Below, one piece after another: positions 28,270-41,900 of a stretch of 64,000 nt of DNA. Numbering within the stretch: the stretch's first letter is position 1; each line of letters begins with the position of its first letter. Position numbers and translations under genes: made by a program. A model generated the notes under the pieces. It was given only the letters and a program-made list of their open reading frames with translations. It did no database searches and was not told where the DNA came from. The DNA is from Eledone cirrhosa. Taxonomy: Eukaryota. The stretch lies in NCBI GenBank assembly GCA_964016885.1, contig OZ024743.1:303428001-303492000 (forward strand). Reading direction: 5' to 3'.

Positions 28270-31200
28270 AATAGTATTACTGAATAGTCTTCAAACTCAG
28301 CGCATCGAGTGTTATTTCACGACAATATAGATACACAAGTATAAGACATCAGATATTTAGTTACTAATAGCCCACCCATTATTCTTGGTGTGGAATATAT
28401 TGAGACTTGCACTAACAGAAACATACTCCATTTTTCACTGACAAAGTGAATGTATGAAAGAATGATAATATAAATAGAACAATGTTACTTTGTATTTACG
28501 AAGTAGCATGAAACTGGCTAGCGCTTTCTCAGTATTAAGATTGGTGTAGGTTGAATACATTTGCAGACAAAAAATATGCTTTCTGTTTAATATTAGAATT
28601 GGCATTCTTTTCGAATTTACTGAGAAATACGTATAGTTGGCAAGTTAACAAGTATGTATGATAAAATGGAAATGTATGTAAGCATTTACACTGAATCGCT
28701 TATATCTACACAGGATACACATACGTGTTTATCATGTACTCCTGGTTCTCATCACACAATTTGGTATATACCTTAATGAAATAGCAACATTTTCGAGAAT
28801 AATTTGACGCTGGTTTTATATTTTGCAAATACAAGCATTTTATCCATTTGATATGCATATTGACACTTTTAGAATACAAAACCAAAATTTATTTCGTAAA
28901 AAAATGTCTGATTTTCCGAAAGTATTTCTAATAATCTGTCTGTATTGAATATATCATAGTTTTGAAATGTTTACCAGTAACCAAAGATTAGCAAACAGTG
29001 ATATGTTTATGCTGGTCTAAAAATTAGTGGGTGGAATAATATAGATGTAAGACTTAGGATTAAGGAACTGGTGCATATAATGTATATCCAAGGGAGATAG
29101 CAAAACCTATACAGTCTTATATATTCTCGTTGATACTAAAAAAAACTACAAATTATATGCAAGCATTAAAAAAAAACTATTCGTTCATTCCCTTTATACA
29201 GATACACAAGTACTAACACACACATTCACTTCAATTACACATATTTAGTTGTATATCAGATTCTCCAAAATATTTGCCACCTAATACTGCAAAAATAGAA
29301 CAGAACAAAAGTATATATTCTATATTTACCAATCTATATATTAAATGCGTAGTTTTACATGCAGATTTACGGTTACATCTACACTGTATATACAAATATT
29401 AATTTATCATATATGTGCTTCCGTTGTTATAGATGCTGCCACTAGTGTTACTACTACTGCTGATGTTAATATGACTAATACTAACGTTACTGCTCTACCA
29501 ACAACGACACTCATTGAGTGGAAATGGATTAAGTTGAAGGTCTAGTATCCGAAACGGTAAGACTCTCTTCCTACTATTTCAAGAGTTAAACAAATATATT
29601 TCTTCCATATACAGTGTCGCTTGTTTCGTTATTTCTGTTTGATGTTTTACACACACACACACATATACATATATATATGTATGTAAAAGGTAAACAGAAA
29701 TAACAACACAATCGGTACAGTATATGGAAGGTATATAGTAAAGTATATATACGCTTTATATAGCAGGAAGAAGGTCTTAACGTTCTCGAGTGAAACTGAT
29801 CTTCTGTATGTGTACAAACAACAAACAATTACAAATGTCCTCTATAGTTATATAGAGTTAAGACATCAGAGTATTCTGGAAAGTGCAGAAACCTACAATA
29901 GTAGATTCCCCAATGATTAATACATTTTGTCTTAGTTTTGACCGATATTTCACGTATCTGCTTTTTTTCCCGCGGGGATTATTTTACATTCGTTGAAAAT
30001 CAATGAATTGGTCTTCCTCGATAATTTTAAGGTCCCGAATTCGATTCTCACTTAAGGAACTTCCTAATAATGTATAGTAAACATTTTCTTTTTTTAAATA
30101 CTTAATGGCCCATCCACTCTGTAGTAGTTTTAGTTTCATTTAGCAGTCATACAGTCACCTGCCGACCGTGCACCACAGCGAAGAACCCATTTAATGTTAA
30201 ACAAATATCAAATGATAGCACCAAAATTTGTTCTGTGTTGTTAATTTGTTTCGATTCAGCACTATCGTGTGACACAATGACAGAGAAGGTCGAACAAGAA
30301 CTTGAATAAGTTTCAATAAATGTTTAGATATCATACGTGCTTTATATATATTTAACTACTATTAAAAATGTTTGTACCATTACATGAGAGGGATTTTTTA
30401 ATTGTTCGAATGCGGAGAGGAGGACCATACAATGCAGCACTGCCTTGTTTGCCCTTTACTACCCAACCAGTGCAGCTTAAAAGCTCTCGTAGATTTTAAT
30501 AATAATGCAAAGGACCTTGTAAAGAAATAGGAAACTGCCATATAATCACATGCGTCGAAGCTACGAAAAGAAGTGTTTTGGAAATCAAAAAAGGACATAT
30601 TCAATTCATTTGCATACAATGATGATATACGTGAATGGAAAATGTCTACGTAGACTACAGATCAATAAGTTCATTTGAAGACAATATGAAATCCAAAAAT
30701 ATTTCGAAAACATATATTAACAATTGTTTCCAATATAACAGAAAAATGAACAACTTCGAAAAATACATTTGAAAATAATTTCATATGACTGTCATAATGA
30801 AAAACAAATTCTATAAATAAATAATGTTAAGTAGGATGTTTTACAATTTGAATATAAAAAAAAAATATGAAACAATAAATAACAAAATCTACGTGAGTGA
30901 AATTCGAAAAATATATTTGTTTGCAATTACATTAAGATGTTCATCAAACATGTTATTTTGAATATCAAATATATATATATATCTTAGTTGAAAATAATGG
31001 TTCAGCGCAGATCTTTCATTAATAAGAATAATCGCCGAAAACATGAAAGACCTCTACAGAAGGATTACATGAACAATGCCGTATGTGGGACGCGAACTTC
31101 TCACAGCAGTATGCCGGATGCCTGCGCTCCCATGCCACTAATATCCTGGGAGTACGATTGTTTAAATGTTTTATTTTAAATATGCAAAATGTTAATTTTA

Positions 31201-32400
31201 ATTGGGTTGACTGAAATATTTGGTTTATTTAATAACGTCACTAACATGAAAGGAAATATGTAATAATTCTTTAGTAAAATGTGTTCAGTAAAATCATCTT
31301 CGAATATGTTACGCCTGGGAACAATATGAACATACTTGAAGCTAATCTAATTCAAATTGTATTCCAATTGAACTAGTCAGTTGACACAATCGGCTTCATG
31401 ATACCCTGTCTCTTATCAAATAGGTCTTAGCTACTTAATCAGATACGATATAATAATATTTTCGAATTTCAAAGATATTTCCGGAGAACATAATCGATCG
31501 CATCTGTACACTAACATACTTTTACCCAAGTGATGATAGAAGTAAAATCAAAATTTGTTGGTACAAAATTTCGAAACATAATTCATCATTACTTGTCCCA
31601 GTCATCTTTTTGACAGCTCATTGTTTCAATAAATTTAGTAATGTTCTAGTTTTATTCAATCGAAATTTAGCATTTCCATATAAATCTAATGCTCCTTTTA
31701 ATGGACTGGCTTGGTAAAAGTAGCCGAAAGAATGACGTTTGACAGCATTTCCATATATGTGAGATCATTTGTATTAAGGTACACCATGAACAACAGCTAA
31801 TTCCAAGCAATTAATTTCAAGAGTTTTGAGATGTTATGTAAGAATGCTAGAGATGTGTGTTACTAAAGCTGGACTTTGGGGTCAACATATGTTGGATGAC
31901 TCAACCTAAAGAGTAGACACGAGAACCTATGTTGGGTCTGAGGATGTTACATGGCAGCAGCGACTTCCGACAAGTCACATTGATGATAGTATAAACAGAA
32001 GCATTATGTTGGTAACGAGCTACAAACAGCTAGTTGTTGCATGGATGCTTTGCCGCGAATGTGTGTGTGTGGTGAAACAGCAGCGTGCCGAATACTGGGG
32101 TTGTAATACATTCAAATCCACAGTTACATGTTGTAAAGTATTAATAACTTTTACAGGTCGTTTCCCAAACAGGTCCTTCTCAACAATATCGTTAAAATAG
32201 CTTATAGGGATCTGATTGGACATCGCTGTTAGAATCATTGGCGTGTGATCGACGGAAGAGTGAAACAACAGACCAGTATCACAATTCACCTGTGCGGTGA
32301 GGTTATACTGAAGAACTGGAATCATATGATTCCAGTTCCTCAGTGAAATAACAACCCAACCAGGAACTGGGCATATTAGAGTATTGACAATATTATACAC
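28270..32400 (-). pseudogene. Decayed LRR-receptor gene relic D (convergent with C)
   Basis: ORF 32020-32400 (ICPVPG...VNCDT, MSNQIP, LQHVTVDLNVL); HLKTLEINC (~31830); ALDLYGK; MRSIMFSGNIF (~31490); VYVDIFHSRISSL and ORF 30398-30619; NP/LSCN (~30390); SLSENRIRDL (~30045); IKCLYLQN (~28835); weak TIR-start-like WV...YLCIY.RE (~28375-28315). Confidence 0.55.
31075..31150 (-). other. tRNA-like (A/B-box) relic, probably a SINE head
   Basis: Minus strand TAGTGGCATGGG...AGTTCGCGTCCC; no clean cloverleaf. Confidence 0.3.
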
Positions 32401-32440
32401 CTAAACAACATATGTACTTGTCTATACCATACTAATTCAA

Positions 32441-32495
32441 ACTGCCTGAAGAGGTCACAGCCAAAGATGGCTGTCACTGAAATATATATCGCAGT
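32441..32495 (+). ncRNA. Intact minimal type I hammerhead ribozyme in a solo pLTR
   Basis: ACTGC-CTGAAGA-GGTC ACAGCC AAAGAT GGCTGT CACT-GAAA-TATATA-TC-GCAGT. Perfect 5-bp stem I, palindromic stem III, AUC site (cut after 32490), immediately followed by AATAAA. Confidence 0.85.
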
Positions 32496-32561
32496 AATAA
32501 ACGAAGCTAAATTTTAAACATTTGACTTTTTATTTAAATTTATTTTATATATATATATATT

Positions 32562-32600
<39 letters not shown>

Positions 32601-32734
32601 CTGTGTATGGTACTATGTATGGATGTGTGTTTCAGTTTGTTTGTACATGTACGTATGCATATATTTGTCTATAACCTTATATGTTTATATTGCGTATATA
32701 TTTATATATCTATGTGCATATATATATGTGTGTA

Positions 32735-33098
<364 letters not shown>

Positions 33099-33109
33099 CA
33101 TATATATAT

Positions 33110-33179
<70 letters not shown>

Positions 33180-33207
33180 ATATATATATATACATACATA
33201 TATATAT

Positions 33208-33261
<54 letters not shown>

Positions 33262-33289
33262 ATATATATTTATTAAAATAACAGATTAA

Positions 33290-33340
33290 AGTTTAAGCAA
33301 AGAATCGCTGCTTTCACCCTTAACGGGATCTTCTGAAACT
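33290..33340 (-). ncRNA. Variant-core type I hammerhead-like motif (CAGAAGA) in a solo pLTR at 33269-33460
   Basis: AGTTT-CAGAAGA-T CCC GTTAA GGG T-GAAA-GCA GCGATTCTT TGC-TT-AAACT. Same family as 57268-57318. Confidence 0.6.
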
Positions 33341-33452
33341 AACAAAGTCAATCTGTAAACGCAGAACTGGATATTTCAAAAAACGTTGCAACCGGAGGAA
33401 GACAGGAAGACGATACTTTGGTTCGTGGTAACGTTCGCTGGCAAAGGACGGG

Positions 33453-33960
<508 letters not shown>

Positions 33961-33979
33961 TTTGTATATATCAATAATA

Positions 33980-34600
33980 TTAATAAATGTAAACTATCTT
34001 TATAAAACCACATTTATTTTGTTGTATATATATCAAGGGCCAGTTTTGCCATAGGAAAATAACTTCCAAATGATTATCGCTTTACATTTGTGAATACAAT
34101 AAATGTAACCTATTTCGAACAATAATAATAATATTCGTATATTAATAATTGTTTCACTTAAGGCACAAGGCCAGCAATTTTCAGTTCATTAATGGTACTT
34201 TATTTTATCGACCCCGTAGGGATGAAAGGCAAAGTCAACCTCGGCGGGATTTGAACTCAGATCGTAAAGGGACGTAACTATGCTGGAAAGCATGGCGTCC
34301 GACCTCTACTGATACTGCCATTCCACCGCCAATAATAACATTCGATTCGTGTGCCTGAGCAGCCGGTCTGCTTGTTTAAAAATCAGGCTCATCAGTCACT
34401 GTATATTTTAGAAAATAGCATATATTTTCACTAACTCCGGCAATTGGCAGGTGAACAGTGAACTGCATTGAAGAAAGGTAATCACCCAGAAACATTAGTG
34501 TCTGCGTTTCTGCCACCACAAGAGCAAGCATGAGGGGATTATTCTAATGAAATCATTAATAGGCGAAAAAGTCACATTACATTTATTGTTTTCAGCGATG
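33980..34600 (+). pseudogene. LRR-coding fragment interrupted by a SINE
   Basis: VPEQPVCLFKNQAHQSLYILENSIYF and ISNNN motifs. Confidence 0.35.
34150..34330 (-). mobile_element. tRNA-derived SINE, full length
   Basis: Same family as 5990-6176. Confidence 0.9.
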
Positions 34601-34696
34601 TAGAGCGATAAATGTTCGGTAGTCATATATATATATATGACTACCGAAAATGTACATATATAAATGTATGTATGTATGTATATGTATATATATATG

Positions 34697-35645
34697 AACG
34701 GAAAAATTGAAATGAAATTTCATTTCTCACTCTTAGTGCGGCTGTTACTTAAATATAAGTATGTAAACAGACATATATGTATACAGACGTACAGTAGTAT
34801 GTATATATATATATATACATACATGCACACACATATATATGTACGTATAGATTCACCGAACATTTATTATAATGCTCGGTGTGTTTGTAAACAAACATCC
34901 CGAATTAAGCAGTACAGTGTCTAGCAACTATGGTTGCTCATTTGTTCAACACTGACAAAGGAACGCTGTACTAGTTTAAAGCTTATTAGCTATCGTCAGC
35001 AACCTATACCTTCCTGCCAGATGGTTGAACGTCTGAAAGTATATACTTTCCTTATGCATATTAACGGCTGAGCAGCCTAATTTGCATATCGAGTGAGTTA
35101 ATCGGCCGGGGTACCGAAAACGATAAGCGGAAAAAATTAAATGAAATTTCATTTCTCACACTTAGTACGGCTGTTACTTAAATATAATATGTAAACATAC
35201 ATACATATATGTATACAGACGTACAGTAGTATGTATATATATATGTATACATGCACACATATATATATGTACGTATGGATTCACCGAACATTTATTATAA
35301 TGCTCGGTGTGTTTGTAAACAAACATCCCGAATTAAGCCGTACAGTGTCTAGCAACCATCGTTGCTCATTTGTTCAACACTGACAAAGGAACGCTGTACT
35401 AGTTTAAAGCTTATTAGCTATCGTCAGCAACGTATACCTTCCTGACAGATGGTTGAACGTCTGAAAGTATATACTTTCCTTATGCATATTAACGGCTGAG
35501 CAGTCCAATTTGCATATCGAAATATAATACATGTTCGGTCAAACCATACATACATATATATAAGTGTGCATGTATGTATATATATATATGTATACATACT
35601 ACTGTACGTCTGTATACATATATGTATGTACGTATACATACTTAT
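34697..35645 (-). repeat. Two tandem ~430-bp units plus a terminal inverted piece (family of 8553-9010)
   Basis: Units at about 34697-35127 and 35128-35520; 35520-35645 is inverted. Confidence 0.85.
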
Positions 35646-35679
35646 ATTTATATATATATATATACATATATATATAGAG

Positions 35680-37070
35680 TAAGGAAAAGCGAAGTAGTTT
35701 CAGATGTTCAAGTCCTTTAATAATAATGCTGTGATATATATTTCAGTGACGACACTGGCCACACTGTTACATGATAAGGTTATGTTTCCGAAGCAATCCA
35801 AATTGGATCGATATACTGCAGAAGAGAGGAACCAACCATAAGCTACCCCGGAAATTCCCTCTACCATGGGGATGGAAACCCCTTACACTGGACGGACATA
35901 ATAGTAACTTTCGGCCGGATAAATACGCGGAAACAAATAATAGGATAAACCCCTATTTTCTTCCACCAAATCGCATTTTCAATCTATACATGGACAGATG
36001 GACAATCATATGGATCATTTTGCATATATGTACTCTGTGTTTTTGCATTTATTCACTATTGGTTCTGTTCTGTTCTTTTGTTCTTTTGTTCTTTTCTTTT
36101 GTGTCTATTTTTCTTTGATTTTGTTCCATGTGATGGAAATTAGGACTGTGTAACAGATTCACTAATGCCTGGAGCCCTGTAGTTATAATGTACGGCACTG
36201 TCGTTCAATATGTGGATAGAGTAACTGTGACACTAGAATCCCTCTCAGAACATATTACTTAAACATCTCTCTCCATATTATTTACTCACTTCAGTCTATA
36301 TTTTTACTCACCTCAATCCGAATTATCACCTGAAAATAATTTTTTTAATTCTTTTTTTAATTCTTTAATTTCTAATTGTTAATTTCTTAATTGTTTAATT
36401 TATAATTTCTGATATTTGATTTAGGATTTTAATTTTTATTTCCCACTCACACTCTTAACTTCCAACGTAAAACCATGATACCTAGAATACGTTTATTTTC
36501 CCTTATAAGGTGATGGTCAGTCGTACCGTCAACGCTTAGTGAGGCGTAATATTATGACCTGTAAAAACTGACACTCTCCCATCCCCTCTGGTTCTCGGCT
36601 GACTGCAACAGCCGTGATGGGTAGCAATAAAATATGGTACAGGCATTGGTGGGCCATTGTTTTGGCTGACAGGGTGAACTGACTAAGCAAATTTCGTTGA
36701 AATCTGCGGTGGCTAACGTTCAACTTCCTTCGGACATGCGCTTGTGCAGGCCGGTGGGGGAGAATTGGTGCTCACAAGGGAGCGGATGATAAACCCCAAA
36801 ACACGCAATTCATCCGTTCCCATGTCGATCCAATTTGGATTGCCTCGGAAACATAACCTTAGTATGTAACAAGCTGCCTGATGATGACACGACACTCGCA
36901 CACAGAACAGTGTGGCCAGTGTCGTCACTGAAATATATATCACAGCATTTTTATTAAAAGACTTGACCATCTGAAACTACTTCGCTTTTCCTTATTCGAT
37001 ATTGACCCCGTCACTCCTATGTGGAAAAAGTACGTTGAGTGCTTGAATTGAATTGCATCAATATTTACCC
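35680..37070 (+). mobile_element. Non-coding PLE-derived element with inverted 5' pLTR fragment
   Basis: 35680-35812 is an internally deleted inverted copy of 36824-36993; (TA)n on both sides; contains a hammerhead. Confidence 0.7.
36873..36946 (+). ncRNA. Type I hammerhead with extended stem II
   Basis: GCTGC-CTGATGA-[45 nt: ACGACACT...AGTGTCGT hairpin]-GAAA-TATATA-TC-ACAGC; related to 32441-32495. Confidence 0.75.
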
Positions 37071-37077
37071 TAAGAAT

Positions 37078-37246
<169 letters not shown>

Positions 37247-37263
37247 TATGTATATATATATGA

Positions 37264-37297
<34 letters not shown>

Positions 37298-37329
37298 GTA
37301 TGTATACATATATACACATATACATATAG

Positions 37330-37362
<33 letters not shown>

Positions 37363-37369
37363 AATGAAA

Positions 37370-38290
37370 GGATTACAAGGGAGAATACATACTCGTAGAA
37401 CAGGTTTATACAAAAGCACCCTCGTACGTTTCGCCCGAACAGGGTTTCTCAAGGCCATACAAGTCTAGAGAGTGTTCAGTACAGAACTCAGAAGGGGTTT
37501 TAAAGTGACAGTCACATCAAAGTTCATTCTTGATTCAAACAGACATGTTGTTATTGTCACTGAGTCAGGGGAGTAAATCTGGCCGGTCTTTGAATAAATG
37601 TCCCCAAATGGCTTATTATCTGTTCGTATGATGGTTGTTTCCCTTTACTTTTTTATGCGGGCTACTTTACTATTGCCCAGTCAGGCCGGATCTGAGAGGC
37701 ATATATGTTGTACAGATGTTTGGTTAAGCAACTACCCACCGGCGCGGTATGGTTTGGTGCAAGGGGACTAAGTTTATGGTGTACGTGTCACAACCGGGAT
37801 CCAATCATGGAATGACTGCTGTATTATGTGTCTGCAGTTTATCACAGATACTGCTCGGCTGTTGATGAGCTCTAGTGGTGCTCTTATGATATGGTAAAGT
37901 TCTATGAGGCAGATATCGCACTTTCACTTGAAGTTGTACGGGGTTGCCGTGCTGACAATTTCCCAGTATTTGGAGAAGCTAATGTTGGATTCTTTTAATG
38001 TTGTGATGTAGTTGGTGAGTGATGTGGAATATCCTAGCTTCTTGTTTATAAAAGAGTGGAGATGTGTCCGAAATTTAGTTTTGAATGAGCCAGAGGTTGC
38101 CCTATATAATGATTGACGCTATTATGCTAGTTATGGTGCACCTATAAATAACTGTTTCTACTTTAGGCACAAGGCCAGCAAATTACCCAGTGCATTACTG
38201 GTACTTTATTTTATCGACCCCGTAAGGATGAAAGGCAAAGTCAAATAACATTATCAAGACAGCTTTCCTGGCTTCAACAGTTGCATTATT
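37370..38290 (-). mobile_element. Penelope-like (Hydra-type) GIY-YIG 3' fragment with pLTR, interrupted by a SINE
   Basis: CNC...CLDNV[SINE]YRCTIT...YIGATSGSFKTKFRTHLHSF; decayed hammerhead at 37418-37456. Confidence 0.75.
38153..38242 (-). mobile_element. SINE, 5'-truncated, inserted in a PLE
   Basis: Same family; short TSD AAATAAC. Confidence 0.85.
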
Positions 38291-38944
38291 GTATTACATT
38301 AGGATAGGTTATATGTATATAAATATCTCTATATATATTAATAAGTTGCGTATGCATATATATATTAATATGTTGCGTATCAATAATAAAAACCTTTTTA
38401 TTCATAACTCCGTTAATTTAACCTTATAAATTGTAACAACCTATTTATTTACCTAAAACAACATCCCTAGTAATTTATATTAGCAACAAACACTTATTTA
38501 TTTATTTTTTTATTTATAAATCAACATCCCTCGTAACTCATATTATAAACAAACTATCATTTTAATAAAAAAAAAGCACATATGCTATTATTAAAATATA
38601 TAGATATTTATATATTATTATAATAAGATAAATAATTCTCCATATAAATATAGACAAATGTCTGAATATATTTTCCCTGAATTAACGTTCAAGTGGTCTT
38701 CCTTTTCTTTATTCTTTAACAATTTTAGTTTGATAATTTATATACCTTTTTAATGAGTTGGTCCCAGGGTTACTTACTCCAGTAAGTACCACCGGAATCC
38801 AACTACTAAATTTAATAGAAATAAGAGATAGGATAATTTTCATACAATTTCATGCCGTGTGAGAATTATCTCTTAATACATCTGAAGTAATAACTGAAGC
38901 ATAATAAGTTTCTCAAAACGTGTATCAAAATAACTTGCGTTTAT

Positions 38945-41900
38945 TGTAGTCCGTGAATTACATATGTGGTAAACAAATGTGCCTCGTCGCATGACAAGGT
39001 ATAATCCTGAATTATAAGATATGGTTGAAAAAGGTTAACATGCTTGCGCTCGATGTGACCATTTTGAGAGGTGCCGCTAAAAAGAGAGTGAGTGAGCAAG
39101 GGAGGTAGAGTGACGTAAGAACACACCCTTATATACTGGCCACGGGGAAGTAAGTCCAATTAGTTTTTTTCCCCGGGCAAGGTGGCGCTAGTCGCTACAA
39201 GGCTCCTCTCCAGGCGATAGTCGATAATAACCGCAAAGTCATTGTAGCGAAGAGCCGTGGAATAAGGAGCAAGCTAAACAAAAGATACATACATTACAAT
39301 AGTTTGCAACAGAAACAAAGTATGAAATAAGCATGCAGAAAAATGTAACTGGAACAATACAATTCAAAACAGTACAAAGGAGCAAGGAAAATAGTGCTCA
39401 AAATAAGTTCAAAATTGTTCAAAGTCAAATAGTTAATGCCACTAGGGGTTAGATGTATATTGTTTTTGAGAGTTTACGTGGCCATATTACTGTCCGGCCG
39501 CTTCGTATGTCATATGGTTGTGTGGTATGTCGTGTGTGCGGTGTTTGTGTGGGAGTGTATGTGCGAGGTATGTCAGGCAATGACGTGAGACTTTCAGAGA
39601 AAGCCTTCTTTGCTCTGTCAACGGATATAATCTCTTTTCGACCATCTACAGAGGCACTGTGAAGTGTTTTGGTGTGTGCGAAAGCATACGAAAAGGTCCA
39701 TTGTAGGGTGACGTAAGCGGTTCATTGACGGAATCATTACGTATAAAAATATGTGTCCACACAGAGCAGTCCGATTGAACAGCATAAGAAATAGACTGGT
39801 CACGAGGGTTCATTGGTGGAAGATCCGGGAAATACGAACGAATCCTGGTGACATATGATGCTGGATCAAGATGCGATGAATTCACTGGTGCTAACATTTG
39901 ACCAGGAAGAGTCAACGTGGTACCATAAAGAAGTTCAGCAGAAGAGAAACCTAAATCTGTCTTAATGGCAGAACGACAACCAAGAAGCACCATTGGCAAA
40001 CATTCAGTCCAACGTTGCGGATCAGGAGTAGCGCGGAGTGCAGCTTTCAACTGTCTGTGAAATCTCTCCACCATTCCTTTAGAGGCTGGGTGATAACAGG
40101 TCGTATGGATGTGATGAGCACCCAAAAGTCGTTGCATTTCACGAAATAAAGAAGCTTCAACCTGTCGTCCACGATCCGGAGTTATTTTAGCAGGAACACC
40201 AAAGCGAACAATCCAATTGGAAATGAAAGCTCGGGCAACGGACTCTGCTGTTATGTCCTCTAGAGAAACGATCGATACAAGTCAATATGTATGTGAACCC
40301 ACAACTAACGGGCCAATGACCAGCAATATCCATATGAATATGACGGAAACGTGCGTCTGGCGGGCTGAATTTGCCAAGAGGAGTGCGGACATGCCGATAA
40401 ATCTTGGAGCGCTGACACTTCAAACTAGAACGTGCCCAACCGGTGATTAAAGGACGCATATTAGGCCAGAAAAATCGAGCCGTAATAACCTTCACCGTGG
40501 CAGCTATGCCGGGATGCGACAAGGAATGAAGTGCATTAAAAACGGTTCGTTGATGGCAATCTGGAACAAGAGATATGGGTGAGCCAGTAGAAATATCGCA
40601 AATAATATTTCTTTCAGCAGATGGAAGAGGGAAATATTCAAATTTACAGCAGGAAAACTGGGTAGAAGAAGTATCCAGAGAAACCAAAGAAGGTTGGTCA
40701 GTCGCAATGGCAACCAAATCAATATGTGCAGGAGACGCAAGGGAGCACACAGGGAGTCGAGATAAGATGTCCAAGGAATTCCAGTGAAGCTGTACCGAAC
40801 ACACATTTAACTGGGTTGATTCTGACCTGGTACGATTGAAGACGTTGAAATAACTGAGATAGATGTTGCTGATGATGTTCAGCTGTGTCACTGACTATCA
40901 GATCATCCACGTAAGCAAACACGAAATCCAATCCACGCGTGACTTCATCGATAAAACGCTGGAACGTGCAAGAGGCATTCCGCAAGCCAAAAGGCATGGA
41001 CAGGAATTCAAATGAACCAAAGGCGGTGGTCACAGCTGTTTTTGGTATATCCTCTGGATTCATTGGTATCTGGTGGTATGCACGTATCAGATCTATTTTT
41101 GAAAATATCTTGCATCCATGCACAACGGATGAAAAATGCTGTAAATTTGGAAGAGGATAACGGTCCGGCGTGGTGATAGCATTAAATCGTCGATAATCTT
41201 CCACAGATCCTAAAATCTGCTTCACTCTTACGAGCCAAGTGAAGCGGAGATTCCCACGGACTGGTGGACGGTCGTATGAGACCGAGCTGGAGCATATTCT
41301 CGAACTCGTTTCGTGCTTTTTTTAGTCTATCCGGAGCCAACCTTCGTGGACGAGAGAAAACAGATGGACCAGTTGTTGTAACGAAGCGTTGAGTCGAGTG
41401 GGCTGCCTGGATAGGTTAAATGAAATATCCGTTAATTCGGCAAACTAAGTAAAGAGTGCATGAAACTGGTTTCCAGCGGCAGCCACAAAAAATGACGAAC
41501 TGACAGCAGTGAGGGTAGATTTACGAGGAGGCGTAGATAAGGATGTGGTACTATCCACACGTTTCTGGTTCCCGACATCTACCGACGTTTGAACATATAA
41601 TTTCTATCGACGTCAGAACAAATAATTTCTACCGACGTTTGAATATATAATTTCTCCCGACGTTTTGAAAAAGAAAATCATCTCTCTCGACCAAATTTCA
41701 TCCTGAGCAACACATCGTTACCAACGTATTCTGGCGATGCCAAATTGTGGTTCGCCCAGCTCGATGCGTATTCTGCGGTCAACGGAGTACAGGAAAAAAC
41801 AGCAAAAATTAAACGTGCTAATCGGCGGAATTCCAGCTTCACTAGCAATTACAGTAAAATACATAATCACGTACCCTCCCGAAGGCGTTTCCTAGGAGTA

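Noticed and set aside
29520-29805. Two further hammerhead-like scraps (GAAACGGTA at ~29550; CAGAAGA...GAGAACGTT on - at ~29790)
   Set aside because: Too degenerate; stems I and II cannot be formed convincingly.
35020-35125. Hammerhead candidates in the 430-bp repeat (CTGAGCA...GAAA; CTG(A/C)CAGA...GAAAGTATATAC)
   Set aside because: Core mismatches at G8 and no stem I pairing in any copy.
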